Positions 23,039-35,928 of a DNA stretch of 64,000 nucleotides are shown here, in pieces. Position 1 is the stretch's first letter, and each line of letters begins with the position of its first letter. Source of the stretch: Diplonema japonicum. Lineage: Eukaryota; Protista; Euglenozoa: Diplonemea. Made by a program: the position numbers and the translations under genes. The stretch spans positions 1 to 64,000 of the forward strand of contig OZ025698.1 of assembly GCA_964019335.1 (NCBI GenBank). Direction: 5' to 3'. The notes beneath the pieces were generated by a model, which did not search any database, was not told the DNA's origin, and saw nothing but the letters and a program-made list of their open reading frames with translations.

Positions 23039-23117
23039 GGTGCCTGCGGTGGCTGTTTGTCTCGATGAGATGGATGGCATCTGGGTGAGAAACATTGCTT
23101 GGAGTCGTGCTAGGTAG

Positions 23118-24169
23118 AAATGATTTTAAGTTAGAGTAGAGAAGCGAAAAAATAGGTAAAAAGGGGTGGAAAAGAATAAATACTGCATACGAAAAAAGAG
23201 AGTCGAATAAAAAAGGGAAAAGGTGACTGACATCCTCAAGAGGAGCCTCCCACGTACCAGGAATTAAGCAGTGGTTGCTTCCATGGCCCGTATCAGTCTA
23301 TCGCCGGAAAGAATAATGAAAATAACGGAACGAAGTGAAGTAGGAAAAGAGAAAAGACGGCCTGGTCGCCAGGAAGTGCTGGTTCAGACGCGTCGGCGGA
23401 CGCAGTTTAACGTCATACCCGGGACCGAAAACATGTGGGAAAAGGAAAAAGCAGAAAGGGTAGTAAAAAGTTTAAAATTGGAAAGAAAATGGAAAGGGTG
23501 GAAACTAAATAATAGGGTGCGAGGTCTGTGAAACCTTGCATAGCCTATCGCCCTCGTAGCACGCCGGGCCGGCACTCCTACATTGTGTAGGGTTGTTTCC
23601 GATTGTTCCTAGTTGTAGGAATGCAGGACAGTCGACCACTGCGACTCGTTGTAATAGAGGGTCCCGGCCCCTACAAAGTCAGCGAGCAGGGCTGCCACGG
23701 TCGAGTAGGACTTGTCCCCGAACCCTTGGGTTTGCAGCAGAAAGCCCTGTTCCTGGCGGGATGCGTAGTGCCACGTCGAGCCGTGACAGACCAGCAGGCA
23801 CGGGATCGCAACCCGTGTGTTGAGGGGGACTGCAACCAGGGGGGCCTCACCCAAGAAGTGAGTGCACGCCCTGGACATGCAATTGGGGTCAAAAATGGCC
23901 TCGCCCCTGGAAAGAAAGCCCAGATGCCGAAGCTCATCCAGGTCCTCAGGGCCGTCGACGCCTGCATCCTTGGTGAGCCTCCAAAGGGCGACGAGCCCAG
24001 TGATCCTGGTGTTCGGCCGCGTCGCGGCGACATCTCGCTTGGCCGTGGGGAGTGCAGGACCGTCCTCGGGCTCCGGGCGTTTGTTCCTCTGTGCATTGTA
24101 GGTGATCAGGAGAGGGGCCTTCCCCGAAGGTCTAGCTTTATCGCCTCCTGGGGTCTCGGAGCCAAAGAG
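23118..24169 (-). mobile_element. J-A element, second diverged copy, 5'-truncated
   Basis: TSD CGTGCTAGGTA(G) at 23106-23117 and 24170-24181; homologous to about 21994-23037. Confidence 0.9.
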
Positions 24170-24839
24170 CGTGCTAGGTAGGGGGCGGTTTGGCTCGAGG
24201 TGAAGAGTGGTCTCCTGTCGTAGCCGTGTGCCGTCGGGCCCCCAAGATGTCGAAGGGTATGCACCCTTGATTTGGCGTTGGGAAGGCTGACCTTCCACAA
24301 CGTGCTAAGCATTTCTGGATGTGTACCAAGATGTATCGCATCCTTGCGGCCCTCTCAAATGGATATTGAACCCGAGAGCAAGGCGTGAGTCGCCTCTATT
24401 CCCTTTTTTTTTTAAGGGGAAGGACTTTTTTAAAGGGAAGAAGAGAAGAGTTCAAAAACGAACTATTCTAGTACAATTAAGAAAGAGGGGAAAAGAAAAA
24501 GGGGAAAGGGGAAAGAAATGGAATGACATCAATTCCCATGCGAAAAGCACAGAGTCAGGTGGGAAAATTAAATCCAAAAACGAAGGGGAAAGAAGAAAAA
24601 ACAAATACCAAAACAAACTAAAAGATCTTTTTTTTTTTAAAGAACAACAATAGTCAAAACAGAGAGGAAGGATGGTGACTGTAGTTTCGGTTCACATGCC
24701 CATCGTCGTGATCATAGAAAAACGGGGAGGGGAGGGGGGATTAGAATATTTTTCATTTTCACGTTACATGATGGGGGAATGCTGTTATGCCATTGGCAGT
24801 ATTAGAAAAGAAGAAACAAAAAGCTATTTATTGCTAACA

Positions 24840-25630
24840 AATAATGAGTCATTATTTAACTCTAGTTCCCTAATCTTTTGCACGAGGGCCCACAGGGCCC
24901 GAGTGCAAAAAAAAAACGGTAACTAGTTAAATAATGGGCGTTTCGCGTTAAATAATGAGTCCCTTAGTGAGTGAAGAAAATGACGAAGAGTGAAATAATA
25001 GCTATTTACTGCCAACAAGTAATGACTTTACCGTTACCTCGAGGTTTCGCATTTTACCGTCGAGGGCCTGCAGGGCCCGAGATGGTAAAACGCGGAACCG
25101 AGAGGGCGGTAAAGCATTACTTGGCGGTACAATACAAGTTGTTTTTCCTCCTTTCGTTGACTAAAAGTGCTGCCGCTGTCGCTGGCATTGCCACTGTCAC
25201 CATCTCTAATCAGGCCTTCTCGTACCTGGTGCGGCCGCTGGCTCCTTTTCTTCTGCTGCTTCGGTATTTTGAAGTCTTTTGGGGAGCTTGGGTAAGCTGA
25301 CTAAGTTACCCTTGCCCACAGAAGAGTTACCCCCAGAAACTAGGGAGTGGGCAAATTGGGAGGGAAAAGTAGTCCAACTTGGAACTGAGCCGAGGCAAAA
25401 GTTGGCCAATTGAGCTGAACCTGGGGGGAAATTAGCAAACTGAGAGGAAAAAGTAGCCCCACTGGGAACCGAACCGAGGCAAAAATTGGCCTACCGAAGC
25501 ATATTATTTACCGGAACCCCCTATTACTTCACGGAAAACAGGCCATTATTTCACCGTGAAGTAATGAGATTTAGCGTGAAGTAATGGGCCCCCCAGTGCG
25601 TGAAGTAATTTCTGAAGAGTGAAATAAAAT
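24840..25630. repeat. Hairpin-rich non-coding repeat
   Basis: Two long imperfect palindromes centred on GAGGGCC-N-GGCCCGAG; CGTGAAGTAAT x3 plus an inverted copy. Confidence 0.7.
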
Positions 25631-25635
25631 TCACT

Positions 25636-28600
25636 ATGATAGGAACGAAGTGGTTAGCAACGGCCCGCCGCGGCGGCGTGCCTACCTTATAATGCTCCCC
25701 TTTTGGGGTCGTTCCCTGCTACCCACCGTAGTGCCTAGCTGTCGTTTATATCTTCCAATCCTTTCTTTCCGGTAATCTTCTCTCAGTCCTTTCAGCTTGG
25801 TCGCCGTCAGCCCCGATGCAAACAGGGCCCTCCTATCAAAGCCAACGACGTGGTCGCGGCCAATGGATCGTAGTGATCTCACGTTCTTGCATGACTGCGC
25901 CGGAAAAGCGCGTCTCCTCTTCTCCCTCATCCATGTCGCTTGCAGCGTATCCAGGATCCGCTTGATCCTCACCGCCTTCTTGTCGATGTCAATCGTCGTG
26001 TTGATGTTAACCCCCAGCGTCTTCTTCGTGTAGCACTCGAAGTCAATCGCCAGCTCGATCGCCGACACGGACGTCCCTCTTCCGCCCACCGCAGCGCAGC
26101 CATCTCAGCACCTGATCACCATACTCCCTGAGCTGCGGGGTCAGCTTGAGCTTGTACAGTTCCACAACCTTTGGCGCCTCGAAACGCCTTCCTTGAGTCG
26201 TCACCATCCACGGCGGCTCCTTCTCAACCGCGAACCGCTTCACCGCCAGAGCATCGTCCCTGCGCCTCACCACCTCTGCCAAATACCTCTGCAGCCTCTC
26301 CAAACCGCGGAACACGACCTTCCTCGGAGAATCCCGTGCAGCTCCAAACAGACCGGCCACCTTTCGCTCCTGACCAGACCGGTATATACCTCCTTCTTCT
26401 GCACCTCCAATGCGACCTCGCACTCCCAAAGTTGGTGTCGCAGCAACCTAACTGTGCTGCCCTTCGCAGCATCACAAACATCGCAATTGAGCGTTCCCGC
26501 TGCTTTGTCCGTCCTCCCCCTATCCAGGTGGTCGGTTCCTTCCTCGCTCCCCTCACCTCCCTCCTCATCAGGTTCTTCAGGAGGGGAGAGTAAAACTTGT
26601 TTCGCATACGGGCTGAGGTACGGCACCGCCCCGGCGATTATCCTCCTCACCCGCCACGCTTCGAGCGGTCTGCGTGCGCTGCACTTCATCCAGTAAGCGT
26701 TCGTTGCAGGGGCCGCGCCCATCCCAAGCCCGGCCATCTGCTTCGCGCCTTCACAATACCCGATGTCCTCATCCTCCGCAGAGCCTCCCTGAGGTCGTGC
26801 CCAGGATTCTCTCCTCTGTGCCAGCTTGCCAGCCTTTCCCACTTCCATCCGATCGCCGGAAGCCACCTCAGGAGCACAATTCCCACGACCCCCCTCGGCC
26901 TCACCTGCCCAGAAGTTCCGTACGCCTCTGCGTCCATGTTGCCATTGCCCCGTCCTGCCTCAGCCAGCACCTCCTCAGCATCATCAAAGCACTGTATACT
27001 ACGGCACACAGCGGGTCCACCCGGTGCGCTCGCGCCAGGATTGACAGTACCACGTCTGGAGATCTTCCTCTGTAGTGGGGGCCCCACAGGCATTTCACGA
27101 TCGAGCCTTTAAGCTGACTGAGACTCCAGTCACTCGGCAGAGAGAAGCTCGAGCTGTATGACAGTCCCGGCATAATATGAGTTCTGATGAGACTCTCCTT
27201 CCTCTGAAAAGAGAGCTGGGTCGAAGCCAGCCTTTCCACCTTCTGTCTTGCAGTAACCGCGGCGTCGTTCCAGCTCGTGCCGCATGCTGTCGTGTTCAGC
27301 ATAGTTCCCAAGGCCTTATGTTTGTCGACCTTGTTGAGCCTTACCTTCCTTCTTCTTCCGTCCACCTCACTACCGACGTGGATGATACACTTTCCGATGA
27401 CCACCGTCTTCCGTATATTCAACTCCATGCCCGTTATCGTACAGAACTCCATGACACCGTCCGTCGCCGCTTGTAGTGCCTCCCGCAACTTAGCCAGCAT
27501 GTAGGCGTCGTCCGCATAGGCTATCGTCACGAGGTCTCCACCGGCTTCCAGCGCCTTAAGCATGACCGCAATGAGCGCATTGATCATGATCACGGACAGC
27601 GGACACCCTTGCAGGATCCCATTGGTCACTCTGAAGGTTTCGCCCACCCCAAAGGGGTACTTGAACCGCCGCGTGATCTGTGAGTACATGCCCTCCATTG
27701 CGCACGCAATTCCCGGCTCGAGCCCAAGGCTCCGCATTAGCTCGAAGGTGAGCCGCTGCGGTACCAGGTCGAAGCATTTCGCAAAATCCAGAGCCACGCC
27801 CACCAGCTCCTTACCCTCCAACATCGCCTCTTCATACTGAGCTAGGAGGTCCAGTAGTGCCGTCTCCGTGCCCCGCCCCTTCCGAAAGCTGTGCTGTCTT
27901 TCGCAGATCCACCGTTCTTGCCACGGGAGAACCGTCCTCAGCCTGGCGCACGCCCACAGTCGATACACCGCGCTGGTGACAGTAATCGGCCTGTGGTCCA
28001 AGGGGCCGAGGCCTGCCCCCTTCGGTATTAGCGACACCAGGGCCGTACACATGGCTTCCGGCCACCTCCCCTCCCTCTCGATCAGGTTAAACAGGTCTGC
28101 CAGTCCGTCCAGTACCCACCTGGGCAGCCTCTTCAGCTCCGCGTTGCGCCATCCGTCGACCCCACACGCGCCCCTAGGACGCTTGCGGCTCAGCACCTCC
28201 TGGAGCAGCCTCCCCGTAATCTCTGACCTCGGCATTTCCTGGTGCTGTATGTGTTCCTCGTACTTTTTCCTGAAATCGGAGAATTGCGGTTCTCGTCTTT
28301 CCAAGCTAAAGAAAGATCCCTTTCCACGCCTCCCTGAACACCTCGTCCATTTCTTGTGGGTCCGCCGTCACACCGTCCCCAGCGTCCACCGCCACAGACC
28401 TCTCGCATTGCGTTCCCCGCAGCAGCGCCGTGAGGTGCCTCCTACCCTCGTCCAGGTTCGAGACAATCGTTCTCTCGTAGGCCTCAGCCCGGCTACACTT
28501 CTGTTCCGTGCAGAGCGCGGCAATCTGTCTCCCCGCCACGTCACGCACTTCAGCGATAGCTTCCTCGATGCTCTCCAAGGAGCCGTGCATGGGTACGGCG

Positions 28601-31200
28601 CAGTCAATACCTAGCTTCACGCATCGTGCATTGGCGTTCTTCAGGGTATTGTGGGTCACCTGCGGAAGTTGTCCTACGTGCCCCCTCCGAAGGTGGTCCT
28701 CAATCTGTCGCTGGGCAGCCTCTACGCACCGTTTCAGCTTCACCAGCTTCCTTTGTCGGTCGCACACCGCACCGACAATCTCTTCCGTAGCAGGTGGACC
28801 ACAGTTCCCTCAGCTTCGGCAACCTCGTCTCACCCCTGCCAAGGTAAGCCCCCGCCGTGGTCCCTGCGAAACCCCGCATCAAATGTTCTTCTGCGAGTCT
28901 GGCCCGTTCCCTGTAGGCCTCGTCCACCTGCCTATCCTGAATGCACCGCTCAAAGATGGAATCCGCCAGCGACGGCTCGGGGTCTTCTTCTGTCATCGCA
29001 ACCTCCGGTATCTCCCTCGGGATCGAGTACTGCAGCACTGCCCGCCGGATTCTCGTTGTCCCCAACTCCAGCGACAAGCACCTGTGGTCTGAGCCTTCCA
29101 CGCCATCATGCGCCCAACAGCGTATCAGAAACTGTGCAGCAAGGGGGTTCAGAAGCGCCCTATCGATCCGAGAATGGGAGTTGGTCCTCTTCAAAGTCGA
29201 TTCGGGTGTCGCACCGCTCAACGCCGCACATGCAGCCGCCGCATCAACCCAGTCTGAGGCCAAAGCCTTTTCTAAGGTCGGCGAGCGATCCTCCTCGCAG
29301 TTGAGGTCCCCAATCACCACGATCGGCACGTCTCCCAGCTCTATTCGCTTCCTGACCAGAATGTGATGCAGAAGTTGCTCCCGTTCCCTGGCTTGCACTG
29401 CCTCATTGCCAGCAGGACAGTAGACGTTCAGCACATGAAGCCATCGTTTGCTGCCGTCCAATGATGCCTTCGTGTGCACGCAGCGGCTCTTGTACGCTTC
29501 CAGCTCGTCCCCTGCGCTGCACCTCAGAGAGGCTCGGGGCCTTTTCACGAAGGTCGCGACCCCGCCCCTTTGTGCGACTGTAAGTGACACCACTCCACCG
29601 CCCACCCGGCCTGGTTGTGGTTTCCCCCAGTGTCTTTCGTAGGCCCTCCCCCACGCATCTCGCCCGAGAGAGAGTTCAATCTCCCGCTGTACCGTCGCCG
29701 TCAGTGCCGTCTCCTGTACACAGAACACATCGGGATCCAGTCCTTTGCATTCCCCCATCCTGTTGTTGAAGGACGCGACGTTCAGGGAGGTGATGACGAG
29801 AGGCTCGTTCTTCGGTAATGTGGGCGGTGGGCTTCTGTTCCTCTTAACACCCGTCTTTGCACCTGTCCTTGGTCTCGCACCCGCGGCTCTCTCCGCATCA
29901 CGCGTTCCCCTCATCATAGCCGGCTTCGGACCTGTCTTGCGCTTGGGACCGGGGTGCGGATGAACCCCCTGCGTCACGAGTAAGTCAAAGTCCTCCTCCC
30001 TCTCCGACTTACCCGTGCGCTTCGCGCTTCATTTGCCGAAACAGCGAGTGCACGCCCAGGTTATGCACCCCGCACACTTCCTCGCGAAGGTGTCCTTTTC
30101 CTTCTGCTCCTTGCAGACACCGCAGCACCACACCGCTCCCTTTCGCGCTCCCTTCTCTGGGAACCGGTGCTTGCACGTCCTCGCGTGTTCGGCCATCGTC
30201 CGCTGCTCCGGGGACTCGGGTTCGTCCTCGTCGTTGAGGAGGCGCTTCTTGGGGTTTGGAGTAGACATCTGACTGTTCCCCGACTTCTTCTCCGGTTGCC
30301 CGGCGGATAGAACATTCGACTCATCGGTGGATGGTGCCTGCGGCATTTGCTCACCTGTCTGCTGTGCAGTGGGTGGCGCATCCGTTGTAGCTCCGGCAAG
30401 CCTCCCAGGTGAGGTCTTCTGCGCGGTCGAGCCAGCCCACTTGGGGTGCACACCAGGACACTCGGTTCACACTCCACACTCGGTTTGACCGCAGCGGCGA
30501 TACCCTTGCGAAGGCTTGCGAAGTCCCCCATCCCCCCGAGCCTCGTTACCCTGAGGTACCTCATCCTGCGTTCCTCCCCAATTAGGACTGGGAGGGGGAG
30601 CTTCAGGTTCTCCTCCAGATGCGTGGCATCGCCGTCCACCACCAGCTTCTTCCTGGTGATCAACACCATCCCGCAGCCCAACTGTTCGCCCCTGCTCGCG
30701 AGCTCCCTGTGCTCATCCAGCCACAGGTCGTACGCCTTCTGCGCGCCTTCCTCGTCCTCACGCACCATTACCCCCTCCCCCTTTGGCTCTGTGAGGACGG
30801 GGCAATGCCAGTCCGCCGGGTCCAGGCTCACCGCGCCCATTACCTTCCTTGCTGGCACCTTCGTCCACTTCAGCAAAGGCTTCGTCACTGTCTGCTTCGA
30901 CGCCTGTTTTCCTTGCTTCGCTTGTTGCTGTTGCTTATTCCCTTGTCCCTGCTGTTGACGCGGCTTCGTCTGTTGCTTCTTCTGTTGCTGTTGCTGTTTC
31001 ACCTTCTCCTGTCCTTGCACCTGCTCCTGTCCTTGCACCTGCTGCTGTCCACCCTGTGTGCCTGTTCCTCCCTCCATGATGTCCAGGGCCGTCTCCAACA
31101 GGAGGACGGCCGGCTCTTGCCACATGACACCCTTCTTCGCTAGTACCTTTGCCCTCATGATGATGGCAGTTACCATGTCCTTCAAATTTCCACCCATTTT
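25636..31200 (-). mobile_element. LINE-C: near full-length non-LTR retrotransposon (Q-rich ORF1-like region, Cys/His finger, 2A-like motif, APE, RT, CxxC..H..C, C-terminal domain), multiple frameshifts
   Basis: SLNVASF, CVQET, IGDLN, RIDR, SDH; RPITV, DFAKCFD, GILQGCPLS, YADD; CDVCD...HQLWEC; ELAIDFE. Confidence 0.93.
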
Positions 31201-31836
31201 TATAAAGGGGAGAAAGTGTTTTTTTTTTTTTTTTTTTTATATGGGTCGATTTCAAACCCCCCCCCCCAAAAAAAATGAGGCCAATTGACACTTTCGTTGC
31301 ATCTTTGGGCATGCCGCCCCCTTTAAAAAAAATTCTCCATATTTCCCGGCCCATATTAGGAAAGAACCCGGGTCAGAAATCGCTCAAGAGTGCTATTTTG
31401 ACCTATGAAAAATTCAGTTTTAGGGTCAAAATCGCGTTTTAGTGGTTTTGGTAAAGTCAGAGAGTATGCTTTCAATAGCAAGAAATAGCGGAACTCACTG
31501 CTAGAAGGTGGCTGAAATGATGTTGGAAGTGGAAACCTTCATTTCCTAGTCTTCTGCGGCTGAGATGTGCTGCTGCTGAGTGGGCGACCTCGTTTCTTTT
31601 TCATACTATTAGGCCTTCTACCGCATTTTGGGGGGTTTTAAGAGGCTCATTCGTAGGTGTACTTGGTGCTTTGGGCTTGTCCTGGGGTGTCGAGTATTTT
31701 TGTAATTTGGTTACTATTCTTTCTCGTTTTTCAAGTCCGGGAAGGCTATCAGGAACGTCCTCATACTCATCACAAGATTCATAGACTGGGGGCCTTTTCT
31801 CTGCCCTGTCTGCAGCGAGTTCTTTGATGATGTACT

Positions 31837-32277
31837 TTAGTTCTTTCTAGCTCGTGGACGCGCACGTAGCAAATACACCCTCCGGTGTGCTCCTGCACCT
31901 GTAAAATCCGGAAACTCAAGAATTTTCTTTTTGTACGGGCCAAAGACATCAGTAACTACATGCATGGCGCACCGTATCGTATTGGTGATGTTACTTATTT
32001 GTTCCACAGTTTTAATTGTTGTGGAACGAGGCACCCAAAACCAAAAAACACGAGAGAGCACACCAAAGTGGCTGTCCCTGTTGTTCTTGCCGTGTTTCTC
32101 CCCCAGAAACCACAGGGAAAACGTCCGATCGGGATATACAAAACGAAGACCAAAAAGAACAAAGTAGCAAAATTCCTTTGCACGAAAGTGACGCCCACCG
32201 TCAGTCCAGAGTATCCACTCCATTTTTTTCTTTATTTTTTTCTGTGCCCATGCTACTGTGGAACAAGACTTTTCCAA
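31837..32277 (-). pseudogene. DNA transposase fragment, Sola-like motif pattern
   Basis: WTDGGRHF...FLGEKHGKNNRDSHFG; superfamily assignment tentative. Confidence 0.5.
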
Positions 32278-32596
32278 CAGTAAGGCCAGCTGCCCTTATT
32301 TCATCATGTGTGATGTGGTCAAGCCTCATGCCTCTGACCAATTGGCGCCGTGTGGTGTCTTGTTGGCTACTAAATCAACCAGAAAATGATAGCAGAAGTG
32401 CCGCTAGAAGTTCCCTTTTACACACCACTTCACAAACTAGTGCAGCACAGTCGTTGCCACTGACTTTGGTGGGGCACTGTCCTTTTCCACCAGCTGGGCT
32501 GACAAGCTTTGCAGCAGGAAAGGCTACAAAAGCCGCAGGCCCACCACCGGAAAACCTGGAAACGAGAAGGACAAAGAGAGGGCACGCTGTTTCGCC

Positions 32597-33914
32597 ATGC
32601 AATTCAGGTCAATAATCGACACCCATAAAGTAAGGCCTGAATTGGTCTGGAATATGGACCAAACCTCCCTGCAGCTGTTGCCGTTGGGGTTAAAAACCAA
32701 AACGAAAAGGGGTGCAAAGGTCGTAAAAGTCCGTGGCTTGGGGGACAAACGGGCCATAACCGGACAGCTGGCTGTCTCCCTGGCTGGGGATAAGTTGCAT
32801 CCGCAACTTATATACAAAGGCAGAACGGAACCTGCAGCCGACAGGGTTTATCCAGGGTCCGTGCCCCGGGTCAAGCACCCGCCCGCCGAATGGAGCCTAA
32901 CGGCATCGCCCAGTCATTGGGCTAATTATGATACACTCAGTATCTGGGTCAAAAAGCTGTTTCTTCCTTTTTGCAGTAAAACCATCGATTCTCATGGTTT
33001 TGCCCCGAACGAGTCGATTCTGCTGCTTGTCGATGACTACAACTGTCATTCGACCGATGAGTTTTTGGAGTTGTTCGAAGGCACAAACGTGCACATTGCT
33101 TTTGTCCCCCCTGGGCTCACCTACATGGTTCAACCGATGGATATTGGGTTGAACGCAGCTGTAAAAGCATCTATTAAGAACAGTTATAAAAAGTGGGCTA
33201 CACGAAGGCTCGACAAGCTGATTGCCTCAGGGGCGGCGGCTGAATCATGGGAGGTGCCCTCTACTAGCTCGATTAAAGGGCCTCACTTGAGGTATGCCAC
33301 GAGGCTTTTTCTTTTCCTGTTTTTTTCCTAGGTGGGTCGAAACAGCCTGGGATGCTGTCTCCGGCCAGTCGATCAGGAACAGCTGGGCTTCCTGTTTTGG
33401 CCACTACCTGGAACCCGGATGGAGCCCAATTTGGGAGTTTTCGGTACTTGCTGCATACGCCGGTGTTGCGTGTGTGCTGGCTGTTGGAAAAACATGGGAG
33501 GAAGAGTGGGAAGAGGACTGGAGCTGGGAGGAGGTCTGGGAAGAGGAGGAAGACGAGTACTCCCTATATGCCAGGCTTGCCCAGGACATGGAGCATGGAC
33601 GTGTGGAAGTCATCGACGTAGATGCATCTTCCGACACGACCACCGTGTCCGCCGCCTCGACGATAACCGAAGAAACCTTTTCCGTTTCTTCAGACTCGTC
33701 AGTGGAGATACTCCCCAGTCTCACCCAGCAACGGCTGGATGACGCTGCCGCCAGGAGGGCCGCCAAGAAGGCAACAGCTAAGCCTGCAAGAAAGAAGGCA
33801 GCAGCCAAGCCCACAGGCAAGAAGGCAGCAGCTAAGCCCGCAAGCAAGAAAGCAGCAGCTAAGCCCGCAGGCAAGAAGGCAGCGGCCAAACCCGGAGGCA
33901 AGGTAGCACAGTAG
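32597..33914 (+). CDS. pogo/Tigger-type DDE_1 transposase lacking its N-terminal HTH; exons 32597-33291 and 33332-33914
   Basis: NMDQT, LLLVDDYNCH, QPMDIGLN; a 40-nt GT..AG intron restores LR/WVETAW..IRNSW; KKAAAKP tail. Confidence 0.82.
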
Positions 33915-34133
33915 ATGGCTCTGCCCCCCCTTTTTTTCTTTTCTCTTTGCCTTTTATCAATCAGTTTAATCTTGAGCTTTATGCCCACACGGTATCTTCT
34001 TCCAGGGATAATACGGACACGAAACACATGACCCAGATACCCAGTGGTTTGGTGGCGGTTTCTTCGCGCGGTTGCCGTTTGCAGCCCAGGCCAGTATGTA
34101 GGTGGTAGTGGACCAGGCCCTGACGACCTTACA

Positions 34134-34232
34134 GGAAAAACTCCCGGACGGAAAAACTCCCGGACGGAAAAACTCCCGGACACCAAAAAAACTCGGACAT
34201 TTTTCCGTCCGGGAGTTTTTCGTTTTACAGTA
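34134..34232 (+). repeat. Right terminus of pogo element with 16-bp subterminal repeats
   Basis: GGAAAAACTCCCGGAC x3, one inverted copy, end ...TTTTACAG-TA. Confidence 0.7.
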
Positions 34233-34689
34233 TTTCAAAATTTGCTTTTTCGCTAAGTACTTTCTTTTGAACACGGTCCCTGGACTTCAAAATATGGCAT
34301 TGTTGCGCGGTTTATTTTGTCTTGGAACTACATTTTGCGTTAAAAGTTTTGTTTTAAACCGGCAGGGTTGGCTTAAAATGAAATCAGATGGTCAAAATAG
34401 CAGCGAAAACGTGAGTCTCCCCCGACTGGTCAGAAAAAGAAGAAAAAGACGATGAGGCGGTCAAAGAGGGGCCGGAAACGATGCTTGGGTGGGAGAAATA
34501 CTCCCAAAGACCCGAAACATATCACTTCCGTGAAAAGGTGGGCTCAGGACACCTCTAGGTGAAGCGGCCAATGAGGAGGGTGTTTTTAATCTTTTTTTTA
34601 CACACGCAGTACTTGAGCTCATAGTTTCTTCCCCGAACGGTCGTTTCGATTCAAAAAAACAGCGGAATCTGAATCTTTCCATCCCAGAG

Positions 34690-35670
34690 TACAAAATTTG
34701 GCTTGGGTTGGTCCTGTTAATGGGTTTACGCTCGGCACCGAACATGAAGAGCTACTGGACAACAAATTCTATTTTAACCATCCCGGCTTTTGAGAAAATG
34801 AGCAAACCGATTCGTTGACATGCAGCGCTACCTCACCTTTGACAACCTGGAAAACATCAGTAAAGCCTGAAACTGCACCTCATGCGCAGGTTTCTTGACA
34901 TCATTGTCAACCGGTGTAGGACTGTGCGGACCCCTGACAAGTGGTTGTCTGTTGACGACAGTGTTATCCCGACAACAATGAAAGTCATGGCACCACGAAA
35001 AAACAACTCGGCATCAAGGTAATCGCTACATGCGACTCATAAAGCGGTTACCTGGCGAATTTCAACATTTTCAGCAAGAAGTCCACAACACAGGACCTAG
35101 TCATGCGTGCTGTCGACTCCTAAGGGTTTGCTGTCGACCCCTGACCGCAAGACGAGCTCCAGGGGACTGGAGTTCGGCATGTTGAAAACCCGGAAGTGGA
35201 CCATGGTCGTTTTTTATTGGGTCCTGGAAAGCTGTGTTGCCAACTCCTCCATAATCTGGAAGAAGAGCAGGGAATGTGGCAAAAATTACGGCTTCCCGAG
35301 CTTCAAAGAAGAACTTGTTGGAAAGCTTCTCACCCATGCCCCAAAAACCGATAGCACACACCCCCCAACAACACCGTCACCGACCCCCAAGCGCAAACAC
35401 GCTAACAATGAGGATTCCCTCACTCAGAAATACCCAAAACGTCTCGATTTGACCCTAAATCACACCTCCGAGACCACGATGAACGGAACGAAGGTGAGGA
35501 GGGTGCTCTGTGCTGTTCCTGGGTGCGGGAAGAAGGTGCAAACGTGGTGCCCCTGTTGCAAAACCCCCTTATGCAAAACTTGTTTTTTGCCCTTGCATGC
35601 TACCCCAGCTGAAAAAAAACTTACTAGTTGCTTTTTTTCATCCCACAGCCCCAAAAAGTCTCCAGACTGA
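34690..35670 (+). pseudogene. piggyBac transposase remnant
   Basis: GLVLLMGL, LSVDDSVIP, KTRKWTMVVFYW, CAVPGC..CPCCKTPLCKTCF; stops, frameshifts, deletion; TIRs not found. Confidence 0.85.
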
Positions 35671-35928
35671 CCTCAATCCTAGAGTTCAGGGCACCAAATA
35701 GAACGGCACCGAAGGGAACCTGCACCTGGTGAAAGTGCAATCGTTGGAGGGGGGGAAAAGAAAAAAAAGAAAAATAAAAAGAAAAAAAAAAGTTTTCTTT
35801 TTCCTAAACCACCCTCGGAATATGTTCTTTCTTTTTTTTTTCTTTTAAAAAACCTAGAACCCATATCAAACAATCTTTTTCATTTTCTTTCTTTTAAACC
35901 TTTAAACCAGGAAGATTAAAAATTTTAA

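Larger units (their letters stand above)
19446..24355 (-). mobile_element. LINE-D 3' fragment split in three (19446-19542, 23039-23117, 24170-24355) by two J-A insertions
   Basis: The three pieces join to match 62198-62543 colinearly. Confidence 0.9.

Noticed and set aside
34134-34181. CRISPR-like direct repeats
   Set aside because: No spacers; subterminal transposon repeats in a eukaryotic context.
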